This document shows, piece after piece, positions 1 through 10,278 of a DNA stretch of 64,000 nt. The notes below the pieces were generated by a model. That model ran no database searches. It saw only the letters and a program-made list of their open reading frames with translations, and was not told where the DNA came from. Numbering within the stretch: the stretch's first letter is position 1; each line of letters opens with the position of its first letter. This DNA is from Candidatus Gorgyraea atricola (GTDB taxonomy: Bacteria; Omnitrophota; Gorgyraeia; Gorgyraeales; Gorgyraeaceae). The stretch is from the NCBI GenBank assembly GCA_030765235.1, contig JAVCCW010000029.1:12939-76938 (forward strand), given 5' to 3'. The position numbers were made by a program, and so were the translations under genes.

Positions 1-1908
1 TTAACAGTCGCGGCGGATGTCGTAGACGCGGGCGGAGGCAGCATTATTCTGGCGGCGGAAGGCACTACAGCGGGGGATGACTTAACGATCAATGATGTCA
101 TAACAGCCTCTGGTGGTAATGGAAATATAACTCTTTACGCGGGAAATACCATTACTCATAATGGTGTTGCTGTTACGGCCGCGGGTTCAGGAACTGTTAA
201 TTATTACGCTGGCGTGGATTATAATAGCGGCACACCTCAAGCGGGACTTTCTACAGGCTTGAGTGACATAACTATGGCAGCTGCAGCTACAGCGGTTTCC
301 GGCAGTGGAAATATTACAATGACCGCTCCAGGGAGTATCGCGCTTAGCGCGATATCAACGACAGGCAATGCGACGGTAACAGCTGATGATACCACTTATA
401 TCGTTTCCAATTCTATCGGCGCGATCACTGAAAGCGCGGCTGAGGGCACAGCGAATATAACTGCCGCTACAGCGACGCTGCGCGCCGCGACAGGAGTAGG
501 CTCAGCCGATGATATCGAAACAAACATCACTGCTTTAGATGTTTTAAACTCGATTTCCAGCAATATAAACATAACTGAACTGGCTGCCGGCGGGGCATTA
601 GGTATTAATCGGGCAACCCAAAGCGCTCTTGGCGACATAACGATTCAAACACTTGATGGAACACTCACAGTGACAGCGGGGCAAAATGGTGTAAGCTTGA
701 CTACAGGGGCCTTACTTCTTAATGCCGCAGACGCTGGCGCAAGCGGTGATGATAATTTAGCGGTAAACGCGGCAGTTACCTCAACTACAGGCAAGGTAAA
801 TCTGGATGCCAGCAATGACGTAACATTTGGCGCTGCGGGAGACGTGACTACTACCAGCGGTGAGATCGAAGTCGCTGCTACTGACGCGATCACTATGACA
901 GACGGGGCAGTTCTTGATGCGGGAGATGATCAGATTGATATGGACGCGGATGAGGATATTACACTTGGCGGCTTGACAACAGTGCATACCGCGGATGACG
1001 CGATAGCGGTTACATCAGTTTCCGGCGGTATAGTGGATGGCGGCGATACAGATGTTGATATAGTCGCTAATACCGCTTCCGCGACAGTCGATCTGGATGC
1101 CGCGACGGGAATCGGCTCTGCCAATGCCCTTGAGACAACGATCTATAATCTTGAGGCAAACAATACGACATCCGGTGATATAAAGATCAATGAAACAGAC
1201 GCGATCAATCTGGTCGAGGTATTGGACAATATCACGGGCGGGGATATCGAGCTTGAGTCAGGCGGAGATATTACCTCGACGACTGTAACAGCGGGCAACG
1301 GTGTAACGCTTTATGCTAACGGCGGCAATATATATGATACTGCCGGAGGGCTTATAACAGCTGGAGCAAGTTCAAGCTTGAAGGCAACAGGTATTATAGG
1401 TACTGCCCTTGTGCCGTATAATCCCGTAGATGTTGATATAACAGGAGATCTCTGGGTAGGCGCTGGAGAAGAACAAAATGGTATCTCAGTGATCCTCCAG
1501 GGCGCGGTCAGATCACCTACGCATACTGAAAGGGTCGAGATATACAGTGATCCTATTGTTCCTCCCGGGATCGTCATGTTGAATAATCATTTAATGGGAG
1601 GCTCTAATTACGGAAGCGGCAGCGCTAATGGAAGCATATTGAGCGTGGGTTATGGGGCCTTACAACAGAGCGTAAATGATACTGTTGGTTTCTATAACTC
1701 GAAAAATCTTCAGCCATGGGGTTATCAGAATAGTTCACCCTGGATCAACAGCATGATGCCTGTCATAGACAATAATTTCCTGAACGGGCCCATGGTTATC
1801 GTCGATGGTTCACAGGTGGGAGTCATCGTAGTGCCTGAAGCTTTACGTATTCTTCCGCCAAGATTTTCGCCCGATAGTTATTATGTGATCCGAAGCAGTA
1901 AAAAGTAG
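1..1908 (+). CDS. Large repetitive exoprotein, C-terminal portion. The frame is open from nt 1, so the 5' end lies outside the window. Thr/Ala/Gly/Asp-rich beta-helix-like repeats.
   Basis: Frame 1 has no stop from position 1 to the TAG at 1906-1908. Repetitive 'GxGNIT...GSIAL/TADDAIT' segments resemble hemagglutinin-type or autotransporter-type beta-solenoid repeats. Confidence 0.5.
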   Translation, partial: LTVAADVVDAGGGSIILAAEGTTAGDDLTINDVITASGGNGNITLYAGNTITHNGVAVTAAGSGTVNYYAGVDYNSGTPQAGLSTGLSDITMAAAATAVSGSGNITMTAPGSIALSAISTTGNATVTADDTTYIVSNSIGAITESAAEGTANITAATATLRAATGVGSADDIETNITALDVLNSISSNINITELAAGGALGINRATQSALGDITIQTLDGTLTVTAGQNGVSLTTGALLLNAADAGASGDDNLAVNAAVTSTTGKVNLDASNDVTFGAAGDVTTTSGEIEVAATDAITMTDGAVLDAGDDQIDMDADEDITLGGLTTVHTADDAIAVTSVSGGIVDGGDTDVDIVANTASATVDLDAATGIGSANALETTIYNLEANNTTSGDIKINETDAINLVEVLDNITGGDIELESGGDITSTTVTAGNGVTLYANGGNIYDTAGGLITAGASSSLKATGIIGTALVPYNPVDVDITGDLWVGAGEEQNGISVILQGAVRSPTHTERVEIYSDPIVPPGIVMLNNHLMGGSNYGSGSANGSILSVGYGALQQSVNDTVGFYNSKNLQPWGYQNSSPWINSMMPVIDNNFLNGPMVIVDGSQVGVIVVPEALRILPPRFSPDSYYVIRSSKK

Positions 1909-1934
1909 GCAGGGTTTCCTTTTTCAGAAAAACC

Positions 1935-1964
1935 TTGACAGAATAGTTGAAACGAATGTATAAT
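1935..1964 (+). promoter_or_regulatory. Sigma70-like promoter: TTGACA, 18-nt spacer, TATAAT.
   Basis: TTGACA at 1935-1940 and TATAAT at 1959-1964, just upstream of the HD-GYP gene. Confidence 0.4.
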
Positions 1965-1975
1965 TTCTACATATT

Positions 1976-2797
1976 GTGAAAAACGGGACAGAAAATAATT
2001 CCAGCCTATATAAAAAGCCGGTCCTTACTACTAAGGAAGCCGCGAAGTTATTGAAGGTCGGCGTCCAAACCATTAAGAATTACATCTACCAGGGAAAAAT
2101 CAAATCTTTTAAGACTCCGGGCGGTCATCACCGCATTCTTCGCTCTGATCTGCCTGCCCAGCTCGAAGAGACTTTTATGGCAGAGCTGAAAAACGGAACA
2201 GAGCAACTCATCAGGACCAATGGCGCTAAAGCAGCCCATGATACTCACGAGAGCTATCTTGTCATTATCAAGGCGCTGGTAAAGGCACTGGAGATGAGAG
2301 AGACACGCGATGACTCGCATCTGGATTTCGCGGCAAAGTGTTCTTTAAAAATGGCTCAGCGCCTGGATCTTCCTGAAGAGGAAAAAAAGAATCTTGAACT
2401 CGCGGCGCTTTTACGTGACATTGGAAAGATCGGAGTGAGTGAACAGATCCTTGGAAAACCGGGAAAACTCACTGAACAGGAATTCATGGTTATAAAGGAA
2501 CACCCGAAGATCGCGGAACGAATAGTGAGTGACATAGAATTTTTAGAAAAGACAAAACCTTTAGTAAGGCATCATCATGAAAGAATGGATGGCAGTGGAT
2601 ATCCTGATGGACTTAGCGGAAAAAATATTCCTTTAGGCGCGCGCATAATCGCGATAACAGGGGTGTATCAGGCATTAATATCTGACCGGCCTTACAGAAA
2701 GGCATACAGCGAAGAAGACGCAAAGGCCATAATAAAGAAAAGTTCTGGATCCCAGTTTGATCCAAAACTGGTTGATCTGTTCTTTGAAGTAACATAA
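1976..2797 (+). CDS. Excisionase-type HTH DNA-binding domain fused to an HD-GYP phosphohydrolase (putative c-di-GMP phosphodiesterase/regulator).
   Basis: N-terminus 'TTKEAAKLLKVGVQTIKNYIYQGKI...TPGGHHRI' is an MerR/excisionase-like HTH. HD-GYP motifs are 'LRDIGKIGV', 'HPK' and 'HHERMDGSGYPDGL'. Confidence 0.8.
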   Translation: MKNGTENNSSLYKKPVLTTKEAAKLLKVGVQTIKNYIYQGKIKSFKTPGGHHRILRSDLPAQLEETFMAELKNGTEQLIRTNGAKAAHDTHESYLVIIKALVKALEMRETRDDSHLDFAAKCSLKMAQRLDLPEEEKKNLELAALLRDIGKIGVSEQILGKPGKLTEQEFMVIKEHPKIAERIVSDIEFLEKTKPLVRHHHERMDGSGYPDGLSGKNIPLGARIIAITGVYQALISDRPYRKAYSEEDAKAIIKKSSGSQFDPKLVDLFFEVT

Positions 2798-2921
2798 AAG
2801 AGAATTTTTTTTGAACAAATACCGTCTAAAACCGATAGTTTCGATAAGAAGCGACATAATTGTGCAAGTAAGTAAATCGTATAAAATCGATAATGCCCAA
2901 AAAGAAACATTTAAAAAATAG

Positions 2922-2950
2922 TTGACACCCAGAGCAACCAGTGCTAATAT
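2922..2950 (+). promoter_or_regulatory. Sigma70-like promoter: TTGACA, 17-nt spacer, TAATAT.
   Basis: TTGACA at 2922-2927 and TAATAT at 2945-2950. Confidence 0.35.
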
Positions 2951-3027
2951 CAGAAACACAATACGTAACATTAAACAATTCGGATTTCATGAACCTACTA
3001 TCTAAATATATTTGGACAGTAAACTAT

Positions 3028-3068
3028 AAGGCGAAGATTTCTCTAAAGGAATCTCCGCCTTTTTTATT
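3028..3068 (+). terminator. Intrinsic terminator-like hairpin plus T-run in the leader of the first repeat-protein gene.
   Basis: Stem AAGGCGAAGATT / AATCTCCGCCTT with one mismatch, followed by TTTTTTATTT. Confidence 0.45.
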
Positions 3069-3113
3069 TATAAAAACAGAAAGCGTTTACAAGTGATTCA
3101 AAAGGAGAATACC

Positions 3114-6100
3114 ATGAAGAAATTATTCGCAATTATGCTTACAGTATCAATTAGCTTATTTCAAATAATGCCGGTTCTAGCTGAACCGGTTTTTTTATCT
3201 GATAAGGACATGGATAGTGTAGTGGCAGGCTACATTGAAGAAAACACCCTGACCATGACAGATGATAGCCAGCGCGATTTAAAAGCTCTTAGCAATGTAA
3301 ATGATGTTGACTCAGCAGTAGCAGCGCAGTCAAACGTCACGTTTGGCGGATTTGATGTGGAAAGTTACAACAGCGCCGCAGTAGAAAATAATGATGCGGA
3401 TCCAGGCATAACATTATTAGAAAGTATAGAATCTAATAATTCCCTTAGCCTAACTGATTTTGCGCAGGCTGAACTCCTTGCGCTCAGCAATGTAAACTCT
3501 GTTGACTCTGCAAACGCGGTCCAGTCCAATATCACAGTGTGCTCACAGTTTCCTTTGAGCGAAAATAAAGCAGACGTAGTTAACATAGATGCTGATAGCG
3601 AAGAAGAGATAGACGCCATTAACACCCTTTCACTCTCAGGCAGTGCTCAGACTTCACTGCATGCCCTTAGCAACCTTAACTCAGTAGACTCAGCAGTGGC
3701 AGTACAGTCGAATGCGAATTTCTGCGGAGAGAGCGTAGTAAATTCTAACATCGCTTGTGTAGATAATTTTAATGGTGATGCGGGTGATGTAGATACCTTG
3801 GATGATAACCCGCATTCACTCTCGATCATAGACAATGCACAGGAAAACCTGGCAGCATTCAGTAATGTCAATGCAGTTGACTCAGCTGTGTGCGTACAGC
3901 TCAATACCTCTATTAATATAAGAGAGGACGCCACTAACACAAATGACGGCTATGCCACGAATAACTCCACGCATCAGGCCAACTACATGGATCGCGACAA
4001 TGACCTTTATATAGCTGGCAATGGCCAGGCAGGCACAAGCGGCATTGTAAGCATAAACGCGGTAGACTCCGCGGAACTCGCGCAGGTAAACATTACAGTC
4101 TTCAGCGGCACAATAGGCGTGATGGACACAAACATCGTGCGCATAGTTTTAAATGATGACGGCGTTACATCAGGAACAGACTGGGATACTGACACCAACA
4201 CCATGACGCTCACTGGCAATGCTCAGCAGGGCCTTATAGCGCTCCACAATGAAAACCTCGTGGACTCAGCAGCCACCATAGAAGGAAACTACGGCGCGTT
4301 TGGCTACAATGACTTTAGATTCAACGAGGCCTATCTTATTAATAAAGACAAGGACTCCTATATATACGCGTCAGTCAATAGAATGGATCTTTCAGAAAAT
4401 GCCCAAAAGGATGTCCAGGTCGTAAGTAACCTGAACGCAGTAGACTCTGCGCCTGGCGTACAGACAAACATTACTTATGATGCGCACTGGGCCATTGGCG
4501 AAAACTATGCTGAGGCTACTAATAATGACGGCACATCCAGCTATTGGACTGATACAGATAATTCGCTTACCATGTCTGGCAGCGCACAGGAAGACTTAAC
4601 AGCGCTCACAAGCACAAACTCAGTTGACTCTGCGTCTATGGTGCAGACAAACCTATTTGCCTTAACTGCCAGTATGTCAACCGCTGTGAATGAAGCAACT
4701 ATCCTAAATACAGACGGCAGTGCCAATGGCGACTCCTGGGGCATAACCTATAATGTACTGGATCTCTCAGGAGATTCCCAGAGAGGCCTTGTAGCACAGA
4801 GTAATCTTAATGAAGTAGATTCAGCTACCTTGGTCCAAACCAATATTACTGCTGAAGAGGAGCAGGGTACACTTTCTGTAATAAGCTCCTCAAATACAGC
4901 AGACGTGGATAATCTTGATATAGTAACTGAGGATCAAAATGGCTTGCGTTCCTATAATAAGCTTACCATGACTGATAATACCCAGAGATCTTTACATGCC
5001 TTGAGCAATATAAATAGCGTTGATTCTGCTAGTGCTGTGCAGTCTAATCTAACAGTTAATAGCTCCCTGCCACCTATTGACTCAGAGCTAGTAGGGCTCG
5101 AGCTTACTGGTTATGCGCCTCTAGCGCCTATCCAGACTGAGATAGTAGCGCTTGAACTAGCTGGTTTTACTCCTGGCGATGATATTGAGATCGCCTTTCC
5201 TATGATCACAGGTATTGAGCTAAGTGATTATACAGAAATAGGAGACGACATAACCTCTACTAACATTGCTACAGTAGACAATATTGATGGTACAGCATAC
5301 TGGATGGATGTGCCTGAAGGCGAGATAATGAATCTTTTGAAACTCTCAGGCAATAGCCAGAGGAATCTCAGCGCGCTCTCAAATCTCAACACAGTTGATT
5401 CAGCCAATGCAGTCCAGATCAACATCGTATACGGAAATGGCGCAGGTATCGCGTCAAGCAACACTGCTACAGTAAAGAATGACGATGGCTCTACTAATTT
5501 TATGGGTTCACTAGAAGACGGCGGCGTGAGTGATGACACAAATAGGCTTAGACTTGTAGATAATGTACAGAGAAAACTCGAGGCATTAAGCAATGCCAAT
5601 ACAGTAGATTCAGCTACAGCAGTGCAGGCAAATCTCGCTGTAGGCGTATCAAGCTCTACGCAGACCAATACCGCGGATGTCTTAAATCAGGGTAGAGATA
5701 TCCTGGGAGAAGACATGACAGACCCGAAGAATCGCTTGACCTTAAAAGACAATGCACAGAGAGGACTAACTGCGCTAAGTAACCTTAACTCAGTTGACTC
5801 TGCTAACACAGTCCAGTCCAATATTACTATAAACAATACTGAAGGAGAAGCAGGAGGCATTACAAATGTGAGCGTGAACAAGACATATGCAGCGTTTGAT
5901 ATAGACTGCAGGATATCTCGCGAAAGACGTCATGCACCTGATATTGAACCTTGCGTTGACATCTCTTGCTGCCCTATATGGTATCTTGGAATAGAGTCAG
6001 AGCCTGGCACAAGAAACTATGGTAATGATGCAAAGAATACACTTAAGCTTGAAGGTGAGGCCCAGATGAAACTTACCGCGCTCAGTAACCTCAATGCTGT

Positions 6101-6965
6101 TTCCAGCGCCAGCGCAGTGCAGTCAAATATCACTGCGAATAAGATAGGTACAGTCACAGGCCCGATTGAAAATTTCAGCCTGAACATAGCTTCTGTTGAG
6201 AATATAACTGAAGATGGAGATAATACACTTAAGCTGCAAAACAAGGCCCAGAAAGACCTGTTAGCGCTCAGTAATGCTAATAGCGTTGACTCTGCCAATG
6301 CAGTGCAGTCGAATATCAGTATCAATGGCTCAGAAAATATCAGCATAAACAAGGCTGATGTGTATAATTCCAGCGGGGACAATCTCTGGCCAGAGAAGAA
6401 AACTGATAAGCTCACTATCAAAAACCACGCCCAGGAGGATCTAACTGCGCTCAGTAACCTTAATACAGTCTCATCAGCTAATGCAGTACAGTCTAACATT
6501 ACCGCGAATAATGTTACAGGCAGCGCCCTTAATGTAAGCGTGAACATTGCGCAGGTAAAAAATGCTCGCGGCACAGGTGAAAATAAACTCATACTTAAAA
6601 ACAAGGCGCAAAGAGGACTCACAGCTCTCAGCAACGTAAACTCTGTAGAAAGCGCAAATGCTGTGCAGTCCAACATCAGTGTCACCTCAACTGAGGATGT
6701 AGAAGCATGCGTTTCCAATATCAGCGCGAACTTCGCGAATGTCGAGAATAAAGATGAGGACGAAAATGAAGCGGATAAGCTCAATACCTTGAGCCTATCT
6801 AACCATGCGCAGCAGAATCTCATGGCACTCAGCAACTTAAATACAGTAAGCAGCGCAACAGCTGTGCAGTCCAACGCCGCGGTATCAAACGCTGCAGGTA
6901 TAAATATCAGCATGAACAATGCCCGAGTAGTTAACTCAGGCAGTTTTAACAACATAAGCGATTAA
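3114..6965 (+). CDS. Secreted giant repeat protein, paralog A: 18 copies of the repeat 'L-x-L-x-[DG]-x-AQ-x-x-L-x-ALSNLN-x-VDSANAVQSNIT', with a Cys-rich central module.
   Basis: RBS AAGGAG then ATG at 3114 (the ORF track's first Met at 3093 is probably upstream of the true start). Signal peptide MKKLFAIMLTVSISLFQIMPVLA. Repeats counted directly in the translation. Central module is 'CVDISCCPIWYLGIESEPGTRNYG'. Confidence 0.8.
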   Translation: MKKLFAIMLTVSISLFQIMPVLAEPVFLSDKDMDSVVAGYIEENTLTMTDDSQRDLKALSNVNDVDSAVAAQSNVTFGGFDVESYNSAAVENNDADPGITLLESIESNNSLSLTDFAQAELLALSNVNSVDSANAVQSNITVCSQFPLSENKADVVNIDADSEEEIDAINTLSLSGSAQTSLHALSNLNSVDSAVAVQSNANFCGESVVNSNIACVDNFNGDAGDVDTLDDNPHSLSIIDNAQENLAAFSNVNAVDSAVCVQLNTSINIREDATNTNDGYATNNSTHQANYMDRDNDLYIAGNGQAGTSGIVSINAVDSAELAQVNITVFSGTIGVMDTNIVRIVLNDDGVTSGTDWDTDTNTMTLTGNAQQGLIALHNENLVDSAATIEGNYGAFGYNDFRFNEAYLINKDKDSYIYASVNRMDLSENAQKDVQVVSNLNAVDSAPGVQTNITYDAHWAIGENYAEATNNDGTSSYWTDTDNSLTMSGSAQEDLTALTSTNSVDSASMVQTNLFALTASMSTAVNEATILNTDGSANGDSWGITYNVLDLSGDSQRGLVAQSNLNEVDSATLVQTNITAEEEQGTLSVISSSNTADVDNLDIVTEDQNGLRSYNKLTMTDNTQRSLHALSNINSVDSASAVQSNLTVNSSLPPIDSELVGLELTGYAPLAPIQTEIVALELAGFTPGDDIEIAFPMITGIELSDYTEIGDDITSTNIATVDNIDGTAYWMDVPEGEIMNLLKLSGNSQRNLSALSNLNTVDSANAVQINIVYGNGAGIASSNTATVKNDDGSTNFMGSLEDGGVSDDTNRLRLVDNVQRKLEALSNANTVDSATAVQANLAVGVSSSTQTNTADVLNQGRDILGEDMTDPKNRLTLKDNAQRGLTALSNLNSVDSANTVQSNITINNTEGEAGGITNVSVNKTYAAFDIDCRISRERRHAPDIEPCVDISCCPIWYLGIESEPGTRNYGNDAKNTLKLEGEAQMKLTALSNLNAVSSASAVQSNITANKIGTVTGPIENFSLNIASVENITEDGDNTLKLQNKAQKDLLALSNANSVDSANAVQSNISINGSENISINKADVYNSSGDNLWPEKKTDKLTIKNHAQEDLTALSNLNTVSSANAVQSNITANNVTGSALNVSVNIAQVKNARGTGENKLILKNKAQRGLTALSNVNSVESANAVQSNISVTSTEDVEACVSNISANFANVENKDEDENEADKLNTLSLSNHAQQNLMALSNLNTVSSATAVQSNAAVSNAAGINISMNNARVVNSGSFNNISD

Positions 6966-6976
6966 TCGTAGACCCC

Positions 6977-7011
6977 TGTCATTGCGAGGCCCAGCCTTGT
7001 GTCATTGCGAG
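6977..7011. repeat. Two direct copies of TGTCATTGCGAG, belonging to the second palindromic repeat family (TGTCATT/AATGACA termini).
   Basis: Seen at 6977-6988 and 7000-7011. Related sequences occur at 11477-11500, 17211-17270 and 41511-41574. Confidence 0.4.
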
Positions 7012-7152
7012 CGAAGCGAAGCAATCTCAATAACAGGACGTAAACTCCCTATACCAGGCCTAAAAAGGTGGCCTTTAACCACCAACATGGGAGAGAGGCC
7101 TTAAAATAGATCGGTGAAACATGGTGAAGTTAAAAACAAGGAGGAGAAAGTA

Positions 7153-10100
7153 ATGAGAAAGTTAGTATCGATTATCGCAGCTTTAAGTATCATTTTCTCA
7201 GGCGCTATTTCTCCAGTATTAGCAGCTGAAGTCCTGACAGACGAAGGCTTGGACTCTATTGTTGCAGGCGACCTTCCAGTCGGCGCTACTTTAGAGAACA
7301 ATACCTTAGATCTAAAAGAACAATCTCAGAGGTTCTTCAAAGGTCTAAGCAATGCAAATACTGTAGATTCAGCAAATGCAGTACAGTCAAACGTTACTAT
7401 GACAGGTGGCGGTCTGGCTGTAAGTATGAACGCAGCTGATGTTGACAACTTGGACGGTTTGAATGATGATTATTATGGCAGAGAGCAGAACAATGATCTG
7501 AAATTAAAAGATGATGCACAGAGCGGTTCATCAGGGTATCCACCAGCTGATGTTGGACAGGATTTCTTCGCAGCTTTGAGCAATCTCAACACTGTTGACT
7601 CTGCTAATGCTATCCAGTCAAACATCACTGCTGGTAATGATGACAAATTCAGCGGCAACAATGCTGATGTATTGAATGATGATGGTACGACTACTTGTCA
7701 CGTAGAGACTAACAATCTGATGATACTCAAAGACCAGGCACAGAATAGGCTTTGGGCACTCAGCAATGTTAACACAGTTGATTCAGCAAATGCTGTCCAG
7801 TCAAACATCACTGTGAATACAGGTGTTACTGGTGATAATGTAGCTGATGCTACAAGTCGTAACTGTGCTATAGTAGAGAATGCAGATGGCACATCAGTTG
7901 CAGAACCACTGCCAGAAACTGAACCTGCAAAACTGGTTAACAACAAGCTGGTCATAGACAATACTGCTCAGGCAGAACTCATGGCACTAAGCAACTTAAA
8001 CACAGTTGATTCTGCTAATGCAGTTCAGTCAAACATCAGTATTCATGGCGCAGATAATAACAATCAAAACCAGGCAGAGGTGCTTAATGAAGATGGTATA
8101 GCACCAACTGGTCAGAAGATTTTGAACAACACCTTAAAGATCAAGGATCAGGCACAGCATGATTTAATTGCACTCTCGAACTTGAATGCAGTTGATTCAG
8201 CAAGTGCTGTTCAGTCTAACATTACCTATGCTCATTGTAAAAACATCAATACTAACAAGGCTGATGTTGAGAACAATGATGGTGGAGTTGGAGTGGGTGT
8301 AGTAGATTCAAGCGGCAACCCAATGGATCCAGTAGTAGATAACAATGACGCACTTTCTCTTGGGACAAATGTCCAGGGTGGCCTTACTGCGCTTAGCAAT
8401 ATCAATTCAGTTGATTCTGCTAATGCAGTTCAGTCAAATATCACTGTTAATGACAGTGATTATGAAGGAACAGCAGGGCCAACAAAGGTGTTGAATATTA
8501 ACAAGAACATAGCTGGTGTTTTAAACACTGATGCTGATCCAGAGACAGATGGTGGAAATAATTCCATACTGCTCGGAGGCTTAGCTCAGAGCGGACTTAT
8601 GGCACTCAGCAATATTAATACCATTGATTCTGCTAACACAGTCCAGTCCAATGTCACTGTAAATAATACAGTTGGCGATGTTGGAGAGATTCACAACATA
8701 AGTAAGAATGAGGCCTTTGCATCATTTGACCTTTACTACCATGGTGGTTGCTGTGGCGGAAATGGTATAGATGATGGCGGATGTGTTGACATTAACTGTC
8801 CACCAATAAGTTGCATAGGTATAATTTCTGAACCTTGCACAAAGAACTATGCAGGTGATGGGAATAATATCCTTACACTTGAGGGTAGTGCACAGATTGG
8901 CTTAATGGCACTAAGTAACCTCACAGCTGTTTCCAGTGCAAGCGTTATACAATCCAACATTACTGCCAATGGTATTGGTAAGGAAGATGATGGATCTGGA
9001 ACAATGGTTGGAAGCGCAAATAATGTCAGAAACTTCAGTGAGAACATAGCTTCTGTTTGGAATTCTAGTGGAACAGGAGACAATACTCTTGAGTTAATGG
9101 ACAATGCACAGCAAGGTCTTTGTGCGCTCAGCAATGTTAACACAGTTGATTCAGCAAATGTTGTTCAGTCAAATATTACTGTAACAGCAGATGATGTGAA
9201 TCTTTGTGCTGAAGTTGGCTGGAATGTGGACTTTGATCGGCTTGTTTTAGGTCTTTGCCCGCAGGGCGACTCATTACTTGCTATTCAGTATCCTGATCTA
9301 GGAGAAATAGGACCAGATCTCTTAGGTGCTCTTAACAATAACATGTTTACATCTGCCACTATCAATGGTTTTGCACCTGATACAGAAAGCTGGATTTTCT
9401 TCAGGAGTTCATTAGGCAATCCGTCATGGGTCAATTGCTTAAAGCATATGTTTAAAGGTAAAGCGCTTTTAAACTACAGCATGAACGCAGCTGATGTCTA
9501 TGATGCAAGCGGTGACTCTCCGGAAGACAGTACAACTGATTTACTTACCATTGAAGTCAGCGCTCAGAAAAATCTAAGCGCATTGAGCAATCTCAACACA
9601 GTTGGTTCTGCAAATGCAGTTCAGTCAAATATAACTGTAAACTGGGTTGGCGGTGAGCTTAACAATGGACTTGTCAGCATCAATGCAAATCTTGCTAAAG
9701 TCCAAAATGCTGCTGGTATTGGAGAAAATAAGATGAAGCTAGCAGGCAGTGCCCAGGAAGAGCTAACAGCATTGAGTAATCTTAACACGGTTGAAAGCGC
9801 AAATGCAGTTCAGTCCAACGTCACACTTACCAGGGCATCAGGCGCAAGCGAAACATGCTTTGGTTGTGAAGGTGCTGCAATGGCATGTACTTTCAATTTG
9901 AATTCTGCTGAGGTTAGAAATTATGATAAGGTTAGAGATGTTGTTCAAGAAACTCCTATAGATGTACCTGATAGGGTTAATTCTTTGAAACTATCTGGTA
10001 TGGCACAGCAAAACCTTATCGCATTAAGTAACCTTAATGCAGTAAATTCAGCAACAGCTGTTCAGTCAAACATAACAGTGAGCAGCGGCATAGGCATGAA

Positions 10101-10155
10101 TGTTAGTGTCAATACCGCATGCGTATCAAACGTAGGTAGAAGTTTTGCAGATTAA
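7153..10155 (+). CDS. Secreted giant repeat protein, paralog B: 12 copies of the same ALSNLNTVDSANAVQSNIT-type repeat, with a Cys-rich central module.
   Basis: RBS AAGGAGG then ATG at 7153. Signal peptide MRKLVSIIAALSIIFSGAISPVLA. N-terminal motif 'LTDEGLDSIVAG' is shared with paralog A ('LSDKDMDSVVAG'). Module 'CVDINCPPISCIGIISEPCTKNYAG' is homologous to that of paralog A. Confidence 0.8.
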   Translation: MRKLVSIIAALSIIFSGAISPVLAAEVLTDEGLDSIVAGDLPVGATLENNTLDLKEQSQRFFKGLSNANTVDSANAVQSNVTMTGGGLAVSMNAADVDNLDGLNDDYYGREQNNDLKLKDDAQSGSSGYPPADVGQDFFAALSNLNTVDSANAIQSNITAGNDDKFSGNNADVLNDDGTTTCHVETNNLMILKDQAQNRLWALSNVNTVDSANAVQSNITVNTGVTGDNVADATSRNCAIVENADGTSVAEPLPETEPAKLVNNKLVIDNTAQAELMALSNLNTVDSANAVQSNISIHGADNNNQNQAEVLNEDGIAPTGQKILNNTLKIKDQAQHDLIALSNLNAVDSASAVQSNITYAHCKNINTNKADVENNDGGVGVGVVDSSGNPMDPVVDNNDALSLGTNVQGGLTALSNINSVDSANAVQSNITVNDSDYEGTAGPTKVLNINKNIAGVLNTDADPETDGGNNSILLGGLAQSGLMALSNINTIDSANTVQSNVTVNNTVGDVGEIHNISKNEAFASFDLYYHGGCCGGNGIDDGGCVDINCPPISCIGIISEPCTKNYAGDGNNILTLEGSAQIGLMALSNLTAVSSASVIQSNITANGIGKEDDGSGTMVGSANNVRNFSENIASVWNSSGTGDNTLELMDNAQQGLCALSNVNTVDSANVVQSNITVTADDVNLCAEVGWNVDFDRLVLGLCPQGDSLLAIQYPDLGEIGPDLLGALNNNMFTSATINGFAPDTESWIFFRSSLGNPSWVNCLKHMFKGKALLNYSMNAADVYDASGDSPEDSTTDLLTIEVSAQKNLSALSNLNTVGSANAVQSNITVNWVGGELNNGLVSINANLAKVQNAAGIGENKMKLAGSAQEELTALSNLNTVESANAVQSNVTLTRASGASETCFGCEGAAMACTFNLNSAEVRNYDKVRDVVQETPIDVPDRVNSLKLSGMAQQNLIALSNLNAVNSATAVQSNITVSSGIGMNVSVNTACVSNVGRSFAD

Positions 10156-10177
10156 TTAGCACCTAAAGTAACATTGT

Positions 10178-10203
10178 GTAGGGCAGGTTTAAACCTGCCC
10201 TAC
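10178..10203. repeat. REP palindrome variant: GTAGGGCAGGTTTAAACCTGCCCTAC.
   Basis: Perfect 26-nt palindrome centred on GTTTAAAC. Confidence 0.75.
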
Positions 10204-10216
10204 ACAAGCACACATA

Positions 10217-10252
10217 ACTTTACATTTGAAGCAAGACCTTAAATGTAAAGTT
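10217..10252. repeat. Second hairpin: AACTTTACATTT ... AAATGTAAAGTT.
   Basis: 12-bp inverted repeat. The TTTACA/TGTAAA hairpin type recurs next to the REP copy at 11414-11434. Confidence 0.4.
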
Positions 10253-10278
10253 AAACATTGAAATAGAGGTGAATTGAC

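Noticed and set aside
3365-6955. Multiple antisense ORFs (86-312 aa) inside the repeat-protein genes, e.g. 6017-6955 on the minus strand.
   Set aside because: These are shadow ORFs created by the repetitive, low-stop-codon composition of the sense repeats. Their translations (LSA/ESTE-rich) mirror the sense repeats, and they have no independent start or RBS context.
3114-10155. Possibility that the giant repeat proteins are RTX/hemolysin-type calcium-binding or PEP-CTERM/exosortase substrates.
   Set aside because: There are no GGxGxDxUx nonapeptides, no C-terminal PEP motif with a transmembrane segment and Arg-rich tail, and no SLH or dockerin motifs. The repeats are a distinct N/Q/S/T-rich type.
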